Assembly (NCBI GenBank): GCA_964608275.1
Contig: CAZSNL010000002.1
Coordinates: 15,088 to 79,087, forward strand
Length of the DNA stretch: 64,000 nucleotides
Source: an uncultured Hyphomicrobiales bacterium
GTDB taxonomy: Bacteria > Pseudomonadota > Alphaproteobacteria > Rhizobiales > CAZSNL01
Reading direction: 5' to 3'
Shown here: positions 49,862 to 59,062 of the stretch, in pieces
How the letters are laid out: each line of letters begins with the position of its first letter
Numbering within the stretch: position 1 is the stretch's first letter
Notes under the pieces: generated by a model
What the model saw: the letters and a program-made list of their open reading frames with translations, nothing else
Told to the model about the DNA's origin: nothing
Database searches by the model: none
Made by a program: the position numbers and the translations under genes

Positions 49862-50848
49862 TTACCCCACCAGCTGTCGTGATTCTGGTTTCTCACCGGT
49901 ATCACTCCAGCGGTGTCGAGCGGGAATGATCCGCCGGATGACACTCTCGCATGCCACGACCAGCCCCTCACGGAAAAACATCACGACAAGAAGAGTAAGG
50001 GCCGTGACCGTGACGAGTGTGTACTCGGCGCCAAAGCCACGGATCACGTGCTCGATGAGGCGAATGGAAGCGACCCCGATGAGTGCACCGTAGCGATGAC
50101 CAAGACCACCGACGACGGCCATCGCGACGACCATGCCCATCTCGTTTATGGAGAGCATGGACGGCGCCAGCACGCCGACATAGTTCGCATAGAAGGCGCC
50201 GGCGAGGCCTGCGACCGCCGAGGTGATCACGAACGCGGTGATCTTCACACGGAAGACGTTGACGCCCATTCCGCGGGCGACATTCTCTCCATCGCGCACA
50301 GCGGCCATCAGGAGGCCGAGCCGTCCATCCAGCACCAGGTTCTGGAGGAGGAAGTAGGTACCGACAAGGACGCCGGCGAGCACGAGGAAGGGCGCCCGCG
50401 AGATCCCTTCCACAAGACGCGGAATCGGCATGCCCATGGAGCCGCCGGTGATATCGGTCGCAGCGGACAGAAACACGGCGAAGGCGCCGGCGAATGCGAA
50501 GGTGATGAGCGGCAACTGCACGCCCCTGACCCGGAGTGAGACGAGGCCGAGGCCGTAGCCTACAATCGCCACCGCCAGGGGCATGAGCAGCAAACCCGCC
50601 CAGCCGGGAAGATCGAGGAGAAATATCACACCGGCGGTGCCGTATGCGCCAGCGGCAGCAAGTCCGATATGTGCGAAGGAATACTGGCCAGTGAAGCCCG
50701 CCAGCAGGTTCCAGGAACCAGCGAGCAGAAGATAATATGCCGATAGGATCACGAAGTCTTCAGATATCGGCGACAGCCCGGCGAAAGGAAGCAGGGCCCC
50801 GGCCAGGATGAACAGCGGCGGGACTGAGTGATGAGCGATCTTCGTCAC
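49862..50848 (-). CDS. livM: branched-chain amino acid-type (HAAT) ABC transporter permease, LivM-like
   Basis: 328-aa polytopic protein with the LivM-type block LLAGFTGQYSFAHIGLAAAGAYG. The start overlaps the upstream stop by 4 nt. The symbol is at family level only. Confidence 0.85.
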   Translation of the reverse strand: MTKIAHHSVPPLFILAGALLPFAGLSPISEDFVILSAYYLLLAGSWNLLAGFTGQYSFAHIGLAAAGAYGTAGVIFLLDLPGWAGLLLMPLAVAIVGYGLGLVSLRVRGVQLPLITFAFAGAFAVFLSAATDITGGSMGMPIPRLVEGISRAPFLVLAGVLVGTYFLLQNLVLDGRLGLLMAAVRDGENVARGMGVNVFRVKITAFVITSAVAGLAGAFYANYVGVLAPSMLSINEMGMVVAMAVVGGLGHRYGALIGVASIRLIEHVIRGFGAEYTLVTVTALTLLVVMFFREGLVVACESVIRRIIPARHRWSDTGEKPESRQLVG

Positions 50849-51591
50849 GACACCACTCCCGACCCCTTGTGTGCCATCCAGCCGCGAACGATGTCGTTCA
50901 GCCCCGCCTCGATTGCTGCAGCCGGCCCATCCGTGTCGTTGACCCCCATCGCCAGCACATACACATGGTCGGCAATCGCAAGGGCTTCGCGCACATTCTG
51001 CTCGACGAGCAGAACGGTCACCGCCCGGGCGTCCTTGAGCCGTGCAAGCTCCCGGTAGACCTCACGCACCATGATCGGGCTCAATCCCGCCGTCGGCTCG
51101 TCGAGGAGGAGGATGCGCGGTTCGCTCACAAGGCCGCGGGCGATCTCGACAAGCTTTTGCTGGCCACCGGAAAGCTCCCCCGCGCGACGGGCAAGATGAG
51201 GGCGAACGGACTCGAACATCTCGCCGCAATAGCGGATGCGCTCCTCGAGCCAGTTGCGATCCCGGCGCCGGTACCAGCCGCCGATCCGCAGATTTTCGGC
51301 AACCGTCATCTGGCCGAAGATTGAAGATTCCTGCGGCACGAACGACACGCCAAAACCCACGAGATCTACCGTGGAGCGCCTGTCTATGCGCGTGCCATCG
51401 AGCCAGATTTCGCCGCCTGTAACCGGCGCCACCCCCGCGATGCCCTTGAGGAGTGTCGACTTTCCGGCGCCGTTCGGGCCGATGATCGCCGTAATCGCGT
51501 TTGCGGCACCGTGCAGGGAAACTCCGCGCAGGATCTCGACTTCCCGCTCGTAGGCCACGCGCAAGTTCTGGATGTCAATGGCTGTGCTCAT
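50845..51591 (-). CDS. livF: HAAT ABC transporter ATP-binding protein, LivF-like
   Basis: Walker A is GPNGAGKST, the signature is LSGGQQKL, Walker B is LLLDEPTAGLSP, and LLVEQN is typical of LivF. Confidence 0.88.
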   Translation of the reverse strand: MSTAIDIQNLRVAYEREVEILRGVSLHGAANAITAIIGPNGAGKSTLLKGIAGVAPVTGGEIWLDGTRIDRRSTVDLVGFGVSFVPQESSIFGQMTVAENLRIGGWYRRRDRNWLEERIRYCGEMFESVRPHLARRAGELSGGQQKLVEIARGLVSEPRILLLDEPTAGLSPIMVREVYRELARLKDARAVTVLLVEQNVREALAIADHVYVLAMGVNDTDGPAAAIEAGLNDIVRGWMAHKGSGVVS

Positions 51592-52301
51592 GCGAGGTAG
51601 GCTTCCCGGACAGCCTTGTCGGCGCGGACTTCCTCGGGAGAGCCGCTGGCCAGGACCGTACCGCCAGCGAGAACGAGGACCCGCTGACAGAGATCAAAAA
51701 CCCAGGGCAAGTCATGGCTGATGACGACGAAACCGGTTCCGGCGTCGCGCATGGAGATGATGATCGAACGCATGACATCCATGATTGCCGGGTTGACGCC
51801 GGCGGTCGGTTCATCGAGGAGCGCGATGCGTGGCTTCGCAAGCAGCAGGCGGGCAAAGTCGATCAGCTTGCGCTGCCCGCCGGAAAGATGATCCGCCGTC
51901 CATTCGAGGACCGGTTCCAGCCCGACACGGGCCAGCGCCTCCGCGGCGGCGTGTTCGGCCTCACCACGCCGCATTCCTCGAACAATGCCGGCAACCGCCA
52001 CGTTCTGTAGTGCCGTGAGTTTCGCGAACGTGCCACCATTCTGAAAGGTCCGGAACATGGGACGGCGCGCGTGCGAGCTTGGATCGAGTCGCGTCACGTC
52101 GGCGCCGGCTATTCGGATTACGCCGCGGTCGACCAGAAACTGACCCGCCAGGAGGTTCAGGAGCGTCGTCTTGCCTGCCCCGTTCGGCCCGACAAGGGCC
52201 ACCAGTTCACCAGGTACGACATGGAGGTCTACGCCACGAACGGCGTTCACCCCACCGAACGACTTTGAAAGGCCCGAAGCCTCAAGGATCATCCCGCTCA
52301 T
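51588..52301 (-). CDS. livG: HAAT ABC transporter ATP-binding protein, LivG-like
   Basis: Starting at ATG 52301 (ATGA overlap with the livH stop): LEASGLSKSFGGVNAVRGVDL, Walker A GPNGAGKTT, signature LSGGQRKL. The 300-codon N-terminal extension in the ORF track overlaps livH and is spurious. Confidence 0.88.
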   Translation of the reverse strand: MSGMILEASGLSKSFGGVNAVRGVDLHVVPGELVALVGPNGAGKTTLLNLLAGQFLVDRGVIRIAGADVTRLDPSSHARRPMFRTFQNGGTFAKLTALQNVAVAGIVRGMRRGEAEHAAAEALARVGLEPVLEWTADHLSGGQRKLIDFARLLLAKPRIALLDEPTAGVNPAIMDVMRSIIISMRDAGTGFVVISHDLPWVFDLCQRVLVLAGGTVLASGSPEEVRADKAVREAYLA

Positions 52302-53191
52302 ACCGCCCTTTCCGCCCTGCCGAACAGCCCCTGGGGACGAAGAAGCAGAACGGCAATCATGAGCGCGAATCCGTAGGCATCCGTATAACCGCTGTCGACG
52401 TATACGGTGCCCAGCACCTCGACCATTCCGAGCAGGAGACCCGCGGCGAGCGCTCCGCCGATCGACCCCATGCCGCCGATGATAACCACGATGAACGCCT
52501 TGACGAGCGCCACCGTACCTGATGCCGGATAGACGAACATGAGAGGTGCAAGCAGTGCCGCAGCCACACCGGCGAAGGCACCCGCCGCAAGGAAGGCATA
52601 GTTCGCATATCTGTTGATGTCGATTCCGGCGACTGCGGCGCCCAGGGGATTCTCGGTCAACGCACGCCAGGCACGGCCAATGTCGGTTCTGTAGACGATC
52701 CAGAACAGAAGGCCGATCAGGATTATCGACGCCGCGAACGCGACAATCCGGTTTCCCGAAAGAAACACAAAGTCGAAGAGATTGAGGTTCTCGTTCCAGA
52801 ATCCCGGCAGCCTCCGGTAGGTCGTACCGAAAAGAAGAGTCGCCGCCGCAATCAAGAACTGACTCAGCATGAAGGTGGTGATGATGGTGTATTCGCCCTT
52901 CTGGCGCATGCGCGAGCGGTAGATTGGGCGAAGCACGACGAGATTGGTGGCTGCCGCAACCGCCGCTCCAGCCAGGGCCGCCGCCAAGAGCCCGAACCAG
53001 ACAGGCAACCCCAGTGCCGACACAGCGAAGACGGCGCCGAAACTCCCGAGCATTGCGAACTCGCCATGAGCGAAGTTCACGAGCCGGAGGACACCGAATA
53101 CCAGCGAGAGGCCGACGGCAAGGAGAGCATACAGTCCGCCCTGAAGGACCCCGAGGACAAGGGACTGTATGAGAAGCTGATCCACTGCCAT
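52298..53191 (-). CDS. livH: HAAT ABC transporter permease, LivH-like
   Basis: 297 aa. It begins MAVDQLLIQSLVLGVLQGGLYALLAVGLSLVFGVLRLVNFAHGEF, a typical LivH N-terminus. Confidence 0.9.
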   Translation of the reverse strand: MAVDQLLIQSLVLGVLQGGLYALLAVGLSLVFGVLRLVNFAHGEFAMLGSFGAVFAVSALGLPVWFGLLAAALAGAAVAAATNLVVLRPIYRSRMRQKGEYTIITTFMLSQFLIAAATLLFGTTYRRLPGFWNENLNLFDFVFLSGNRIVAFAASIILIGLLFWIVYRTDIGRAWRALTENPLGAAVAGIDINRYANYAFLAAGAFAGVAAALLAPLMFVYPASGTVALVKAFIVVIIGGMGSIGGALAAGLLLGMVEVLGTVYVDSGYTDAYGFALMIAVLLLRPQGLFGRAERAV

Positions 53192-53212
53192 CGGCCTCCG
53201 CCATCGACACCG

Positions 53213-54403
53213 TTACTTCACGACGTGGACGAGCGTGGCCTCGGCGTCACCATCGCCCACATTGTTGAGTTGCTTGAAGAACATTGCGAACTTGTCCCAC
53301 TGGTGGAAGTTCACGGTTCCCTCATCGTTGCGGAAGGCGATCTCGCCGATCGTCCCTTCGAACTGCACGTTCGGAAGCGTCTCCACGAGTTGCGCCGGGT
53401 CGGCCGTGCCGGCCTTCTCAATCGCGGCCTTCACGGCGTTGAAGTTGTCCCAGAGGTAGTACTGAAAGATTGCGGGCTCCACGCCGTATTCCTGATTGTA
53501 TGCGTCGATGAACTGCTGGCCGGTCGACGTAACCGTCATCGAAGCGTCACTGAACGTCGGATAGATCACGCCGACGCCCGCTTCACCCACCGTGTCCCAG
53601 AAGTCAGGCAGAAGCGGCCAGTCCCAACCTGTCACGATGTCCGCTTTCAGCCCGACTTCCCGACCCTGCTTGATGCTGAGGTTGGTTGCGGTGAAGACCG
53701 TTTGCACGATCACCACGTCCGGCTCCATCGCCTTGACGCGCGACATAACCGCCGTCAGGTCCTGGGTCTGCGCCTGGAACTGAACGATTTCCAGATCGAA
53801 ATCCTTGTCCTTTGCCGCTTCTTCGAAGGATTTCGCAAAACCCAGCCCATAGGCAGTATCCTCCGCGAGGACGACTACCTTCTTGTACCCCCGTGCCTCT
53901 ACAAAGGGCGCCATCTGCGCGGCGATCTGGCTGTTGTAGGGGCCAATACGAAAAACCTGCGGGTAGTTCTTTCCGGTGAACTCGTCCGCCCAGGTGTAGA
54001 ACGCCAGGATGGGCACGTTGTAGCGCTTGGCCACCTCCATCTGGGCCAGGGCTACACTTGACGACCATATGCCGAGAATTGCGGACGCATGGCCCTCCGT
54101 GACAGCGCGCTCGACAGCGGCAGCACCGACCTCGACCTTGCCCTGGTCGTCATAGACAGCGAGCCTGACCTTCTTGCCGTCGATGCCGCCCGCCTCGTTG
54201 GTCATCTTGACCCAAAGATCCGCGGTCTTCTTGATTGCCTCTCCCGAGCGGGCATCGCCCGGCTCCGACAATGGCGAGACCAGGCCGAGTATGATCTCGT
54301 CATCGGCGCCCTGAACGACAGACGGTATCGCCGCCATGGCGGCAAGGCCAACGGCCGTCCCGATCACTGCTCGACGAGTGAGCCCTAAGCCCCTCCTGTT
54401 CAT
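53213..54403 (-). CDS. HAAT-family periplasmic substrate-binding protein (LivK/Amide-urea type) with Tat-like signal
   Basis: Starting at ATG 54403: MNRRGLGLTRRAVIGTAVGLAAMAAIPSVVQG (a twin-arginine-like motif). A type I PBP fold sequence follows (ILGLVSPLSEPGD..., LAVYDDQGK). Confidence 0.85.
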   Translation of the reverse strand: MNRRGLGLTRRAVIGTAVGLAAMAAIPSVVQGADDEIILGLVSPLSEPGDARSGEAIKKTADLWVKMTNEAGGIDGKKVRLAVYDDQGKVEVGAAAVERAVTEGHASAILGIWSSSVALAQMEVAKRYNVPILAFYTWADEFTGKNYPQVFRIGPYNSQIAAQMAPFVEARGYKKVVVLAEDTAYGLGFAKSFEEAAKDKDFDLEIVQFQAQTQDLTAVMSRVKAMEPDVVIVQTVFTATNLSIKQGREVGLKADIVTGWDWPLLPDFWDTVGEAGVGVIYPTFSDASMTVTSTGQQFIDAYNQEYGVEPAIFQYYLWDNFNAVKAAIEKAGTADPAQLVETLPNVQFEGTIGEIAFRNDEGTVNFHQWDKFAMFFKQLNNVGDGDAEATLVHVVK

Positions 54404-54493
54404 GCTCCTGCTCCTCTGTTCCAGTTGCTGACTCTTTTCACGTTCCACCCCGGCTTTCGCTTGCCGACAGGTTGGCGGCATCGTTCTCTCGCC

Positions 54494-55531
54494 TCACGTT
54501 GGCGAATGTTCTGGCGCCGTTGCCGAGCGGATCCCGGCCCTGACCTGCTCGACCAGATCGCGCCGGATCGCCACGCCCAGTTCCTCCGCTTTCCGTCGCG
54601 CAGCCGCCCTGCGACTGCCAGGCAACCTCACGCCCTCCTGTTCCTCGATGGCAGTCAGGAGACTGGCGATGCGGTCGCCGAACAGACCACCGGAAGTCGT
54701 CTCCGCATCGATTGCGACAAAGAACTGTCCGGTTCTCGGTGGCCCGCCTGCGGGCCCCGAGAACGGGCTGGCGTCGATGCTGAGGACGGCGCCGCTCGCA
54801 GCGGCGGCCATAACCTCGACCATGAGCGCGACACCTACTCCCTTGTAGCCGCCTGCGGGCGCCATCGTGCCCTTCAACGCCAGATCTGGATCGGTAGTCG
54901 ATTTACCGTCCGGGCCGAACGCCCATCCGACCGGGATTGTCTCTCCCGCCCGTTTCCGCCTCATGATCTCGCTCTTGGCGATGACACTGGCGCTCTGGTC
55001 GATGCAGATCGCCGCGCCGCCCGCCCCGTCGGGAACGGCGAGGGAGATGGGGTTGGTTCCGAAAACCGGGCGGCGCCCTCCGACGGGTGCGATAGATGCC
55101 GGCGCGTGGGTGAACCCAAGGCCGATGAGTCCAGCCTGAGCGATCCGCTCGGTGTGATAGCCGAGTACACCGCAATTGTACGAGTTGCGGATCGCCAAAA
55201 CCGCTACGCCCTGTTCTCGAGCTGCAGGCAGGAGCTGCTGGAAGCCAGCATCGATCGCAGGATGAGCGAACCCGGACTTGGCGTCGACGACGATGACGGA
55301 GGGCTTCGGTCGCGAAACGGTGGGTACGGCCTTGCCGTTCACCTTGTTGCAGCGAAGATGCTCACAATAAGTCGGGACATAAGCGAGGCCATGGCTTGGC
55401 AGCCCGTCAGCCTCGGCCGCGGCCACTGCCCGAGCGAGCGAACGTGCCGCCTCCTCCCTGGCGCCGGCGGATGCAAGCGCCTCAAACGCGAGCGTCTCTA
55501 CATCGGCTATTGCAACGACTGTGCCCGGCAT
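54494..55531 (-). CDS. Ldh_2-family (malate/L-lactate/sulfolactate dehydrogenase type 2) NAD(P)H oxidoreductase
   Basis: 345 aa with family blocks: GLPSHGLAYVPTYCEHL, NSYNCGVLGYH, GTNPISLAVP and GGYKGVGVALMVEVMAA. Confidence 0.85.
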   Translation of the reverse strand: MPGTVVAIADVETLAFEALASAGAREEAARSLARAVAAAEADGLPSHGLAYVPTYCEHLRCNKVNGKAVPTVSRPKPSVIVVDAKSGFAHPAIDAGFQQLLPAAREQGVAVLAIRNSYNCGVLGYHTERIAQAGLIGLGFTHAPASIAPVGGRRPVFGTNPISLAVPDGAGGAAICIDQSASVIAKSEIMRRKRAGETIPVGWAFGPDGKSTTDPDLALKGTMAPAGGYKGVGVALMVEVMAAAASGAVLSIDASPFSGPAGGPPRTGQFFVAIDAETTSGGLFGDRIASLLTAIEEQEGVRLPGSRRAAARRKAEELGVAIRRDLVEQVRAGIRSATAPEHSPT

Positions 55532-55557
55532 TCGACTGTCCTCAAATCACCTCGACC

Positions 55558-56226
55558 TCAATCATTGTCGATCTCGCCGCCGCCGGCTCCGCGGCGGCGT
55601 GACAGGTCCGAGGCCGGGACATAGGTCAAGTGCGCAAGCCGCTCGAAACGCTGCCAGAGGTCAGGGTCAACGCATGCACCGAGCCAGGCAGGATCGGGCG
55701 AGTTCCTGACATCGCATTCTTCTGCCGATCGGCACGTCACTGTTGCCACGATCGTGAGATGGATGAGGTGGTCGACATCGCCACCACAGGCGCCATTCGG
55801 CCAGACCACCACGCCGCTACTCGGCCACTCGATCTTAGCCGGGCGCTGGCAGGTGCGGGCAACCGTAATGACGAACGGGATCAACAGAACCGGATGAACC
55901 ACGGGGCCCGTGGTGATGACACGACCGTTGCGGATCTCCCCCGCGTGATCGGCAATAACCGGGCCGAGGACCAATGGGCTGAGCGGCCCGTGACTGCCAC
56001 GCCAATTCCCGCGATCGTGGTCGATCCTGGATGCGATCCCACCACCCGCAGAGTGACTTTCGAGCACGTCGGCGAGGGGTCGAAGCGCCTCAAAGCCGTG
56101 CTCAACCAGCTTCCGAGCCGCCTTGCCGGCCTCCTCCGCCTGTCCCCAGCTGAGGCCAGCTCCGCGGGCCGCCTTCCGAACTGCAGCATCGATCTCGTTG
56201 ATGGACACGTGCATCGTCAATGCCAC
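55558..56226 (-). CDS. DUF3726-like protein
   Basis: The N-terminus SINEIDAAVRKAARGAGLSWGQAEEAGKAARKLVEHG matches my recollection of the DUF3726 N-terminal block. The start is either 56226 (10-nt overlap with the upstream gene) or 56214. Confidence 0.55.
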   Translation of the reverse strand: MALTMHVSINEIDAAVRKAARGAGLSWGQAEEAGKAARKLVEHGFEALRPLADVLESHSAGGGIASRIDHDRGNWRGSHGPLSPLVLGPVIADHAGEIRNGRVITTGPVVHPVLLIPFVITVARTCQRPAKIEWPSSGVVVWPNGACGGDVDHLIHLTIVATVTCRSAEECDVRNSPDPAWLGACVDPDLWQRFERLAHLTYVPASDLSRRRGAGGGEIDND

Positions 56227-57995
56227 TCGTCGATCGGCGGAAGCGCCCAGTCATCCGGTTCACTTGAGTGGAGTTCGTCAGGGAACGGTGCGTGCTGGTA
56301 CATCACGATTCTTACCCAGCGGTCGGACTTCGGATCGAACCGTGTCGCGCCGAAAAACGAGAGCTTGCAGCGAAGGAGATCGATCGGGCGTACAGCCGCA
56401 TCGATAAGGTTGTCGCGAATTTCAGCATACGGCCGGCGGCCCGTCGTTTGAATGCGACGAACCACGTGCCGGAACTCGGGAAACGCCATCAGGAATGTCG
56501 CGACGGTTTCCTTCCCTTCCCAGCCAACGAGTGCGTCATTCAGAGCAATGACATCGCGGGCGATGGTTAGCGGCTGCTCGCGATCCGCCCCAGGCTCTTC
56601 GTAGCGTTCACCAAGCCGAGGCTCGAGCTTCTCCTCCGACACGTACCAGAACCGTGCCTGGGTGGCGGGCCGGGAGAAGTCTATCCCGAAGGCAAATGCG
56701 TAATGCTTGCGGACAAGATCGCGAAGCGTGCCAAGACGCATGTCGCCATCGATGGGAAAGTCGCGCTCCTCGTCGGCGGCCATGGTGTTCGCAAGATCGT
56801 CGACCAGATCGCCGTACGGCTCGATCATCAGCGTGACGAGAAACTCCTGCCCCTCGACGCTCAGCCTGTCTTGGGCCCAGGTAAAGAGCGTGTCCCAGGG
56901 CCGAGTGCCATCAAGCACGCCGGTCGCAAGATGATCCTCGAGCAGAGCGAGATCAGCCTCGAGCGCGGCGATCCGGGCGGATTGGATTTCGTCCGCAACG
57001 CGCCATTGGGAAGCGTGGTATCGGGCGCGAGCGATATAATCGCGGAAAGCCGACACACGATCGGCCGAGGCAGACCGCAGCGCGCGGACACGAGCGAGCG
57101 CGGTTTCCCGCGCCGAAATCCAGTGATCCAGCAGAACCTGATGGTTGAACAGGAAGGGCGCCATGCCGAGCCCGGTCGAATTGCCAACGCCCAGATGCCG
57201 ACGGATGGCCTTGTCGAGCCGCGTCGCGGTCACCGGTGCCTGAACGTGAGCCATGTGCTCGGCCAGATCGACGGTGAACGCCCTAATGAGCCAGATGGCG
57301 AGCATCTCCGCACTGAAAGGCCCAGCGAACTCCGGCCGATTGGCGATGCGCTCCCTGTCCGAAAGACCGAACTTCCCACCGCCGTAGACGGCCGTGGTGC
57401 GCATCAGGTAACCCACCCTTTCAATCTCGGCCGGATCAGGCTGTGCGCCCTGCCTCAGCCGGCTCACCACATGCTCGAACAGACGAACACTCTTGTTGGC
57501 TCGCGAAAGAACGATCTCCTGGGCGGTATAGCGACCCGCCTCCTGCAGCGGGACGTTCCGAGCCAGACGCTCAATGGTTTCGTCACTGGCGTCGCCGTCG
57601 TGCAGTGCAAATGTTGCGTCCCATTCATCGGCGATGACGCGATCACTGCGCTTCGCCGGATCGAGATCGTGAGCAAAGCAGACGAGGCTGTAGGTTCGGC
57701 CGTTTCCTCGCACGCGGTAGACGGCAATACCCTCGCCCTTGGCATCAACCCGCCAGCGGGGGCGATCGGCCTGCCATTTCTCTGCCCTAAGCCTGCGCAG
57801 CAGTACGCGCATGAAGCTGAGACGCGTCTGGTGGAAGCTTCCGAGGCGCGCGAGCCGCATGACGTAGTCCGGCTCGCGGAGGGTCAGCGCCTCCGGCGGC
57901 CGATCGCCCGCCGCCTCCAATGCGGCATGACTGTGAAGGGGACCTGCCATGACGGCCCCGAGACCCAGATCCTGTTCGCTATTCAAACTCACCAC
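56217..57995 (-). CDS. large conserved-looking hypothetical protein (592 aa), no recognisable family
   Basis: The ORF is uninterrupted with high GC3 and is tightly packed between the M19-like and DUF3726-like genes. I recognise no Walker, Rossmann, metal or TM motifs. The composition is soluble and mixed alpha. Confidence 0.6.
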   Translation of the reverse strand: MVSLNSEQDLGLGAVMAGPLHSHAALEAAGDRPPEALTLREPDYVMRLARLGSFHQTRLSFMRVLLRRLRAEKWQADRPRWRVDAKGEGIAVYRVRGNGRTYSLVCFAHDLDPAKRSDRVIADEWDATFALHDGDASDETIERLARNVPLQEAGRYTAQEIVLSRANKSVRLFEHVVSRLRQGAQPDPAEIERVGYLMRTTAVYGGGKFGLSDRERIANRPEFAGPFSAEMLAIWLIRAFTVDLAEHMAHVQAPVTATRLDKAIRRHLGVGNSTGLGMAPFLFNHQVLLDHWISARETALARVRALRSASADRVSAFRDYIARARYHASQWRVADEIQSARIAALEADLALLEDHLATGVLDGTRPWDTLFTWAQDRLSVEGQEFLVTLMIEPYGDLVDDLANTMAADEERDFPIDGDMRLGTLRDLVRKHYAFAFGIDFSRPATQARFWYVSEEKLEPRLGERYEEPGADREQPLTIARDVIALNDALVGWEGKETVATFLMAFPEFRHVVRRIQTTGRRPYAEIRDNLIDAAVRPIDLLRCKLSFFGATRFDPKSDRWVRIVMYQHAPFPDELHSSEPDDWALPPIDEWH

Positions 57996-59053
57996 CGTAC
58001 CGACCTGCCGGCGTCGGTTGTGATCCGACCTTCGTTGTCTGAGGGTGGCAGATGACGTGTCGCTGGCTCATGTGATGCCCGGCGCGGGTCGAACGAGACC
58101 TCGAAGAACCTGAGCCAGTTCAGACCCAAAATCTGGTCGACTTCCTCTTCCGAGAACCCCACCTCGCGCAGGCCATCTGCGATATTTCCAAAGTCGCGGT
58201 TTGATCTGAACCAGGACGGCTGGGGAGGAAAACCCTGGGAGACGGTCGGCGTCTCCTTCGTCCACTTGCCGCGGCGCATCCACTCGACTACGGAAGCCGG
58301 CTGGTCTTGGCACAGGTCAGAGCCGATGCCGATTGCGTCGACCCCTATGAGTTCAGCGGTCCGGGCAACCATCTCGCAAAAACCTTCGAGGGTGCAATCG
58401 GAGGAACCCTTCAGGTGATACGGATAGAGGCTGAATCCCAGCATTCCGCCCGATTGCCCGAGTGCCTTCAGCACGTGGTCCGGCTTGTTACGGGCCACCG
58501 AATGCCAGGATCTCGGGTTCGCATGGGTAATGGCAATGGGCCGCTCGGAAATCTCAATCGCCTCGATCGTCGACCGGTCACCCGAATGCGACATGTCGAC
58601 TACCATGCCAAGGCGGTTCATCTCGCCGATGACCTCGCGCCCCATGCGGGTGATGCCGGCATCGTCGCTCTCGTAGCATCCGGCCGCGAGAAGACTCTGG
58701 TTGTTGTAGGATAGCTGCATAAACCTCACGCCGAGCGTGTGGCAGATCTCGATCAGACCGATATCGTCCTCGATCGGAGAACTATTCTGGAATCCGAAGA
58801 AGACCGCGGTGCGACCTTCAGCCTGCGCGCGGCGGACATCGCCGGCATCGCGGCCGTGAAAGATAAGATCGGGAAATTGAACGAACCAAGTGTTCCATTG
58901 CGTGATGTTCTGTACCATCTCAGCAAAGTCTTCGTGGTATGCGATGGTGACATGAATGGCCGTCACCCCACCAGCGATCAGATCACGGAAAATGGATTCC
59001 GAGTAATTGCAATACTGCAAGCAATCAACGATGATCCGTTTTCTATCATTCAT
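57989..59053 (-). CDS. M19 (renal/membrane dipeptidase) family amidohydrolase-fold protein, divergent N-terminal metal motif
   Basis: M19 blocks are present: GVRFMQLSYNNQS, GMVVDMSHSGDRS, PIAITHANPR, IGIGSDL. The N-terminal position that is normally (V/I)DGHxD reads IIVDCLQY. The start is taken at MNDRK (59053). Confidence 0.78.
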   Translation of the reverse strand: MNDRKRIIVDCLQYCNYSESIFRDLIAGGVTAIHVTIAYHEDFAEMVQNITQWNTWFVQFPDLIFHGRDAGDVRRAQAEGRTAVFFGFQNSSPIEDDIGLIEICHTLGVRFMQLSYNNQSLLAAGCYESDDAGITRMGREVIGEMNRLGMVVDMSHSGDRSTIEAIEISERPIAITHANPRSWHSVARNKPDHVLKALGQSGGMLGFSLYPYHLKGSSDCTLEGFCEMVARTAELIGVDAIGIGSDLCQDQPASVVEWMRRGKWTKETPTVSQGFPPQPSWFRSNRDFGNIADGLREVGFSEEEVDQILGLNWLRFFEVSFDPRRASHEPATRHLPPSDNEGRITTDAGRSVRW

Positions 59054-59062
59054 ACGGCACAC

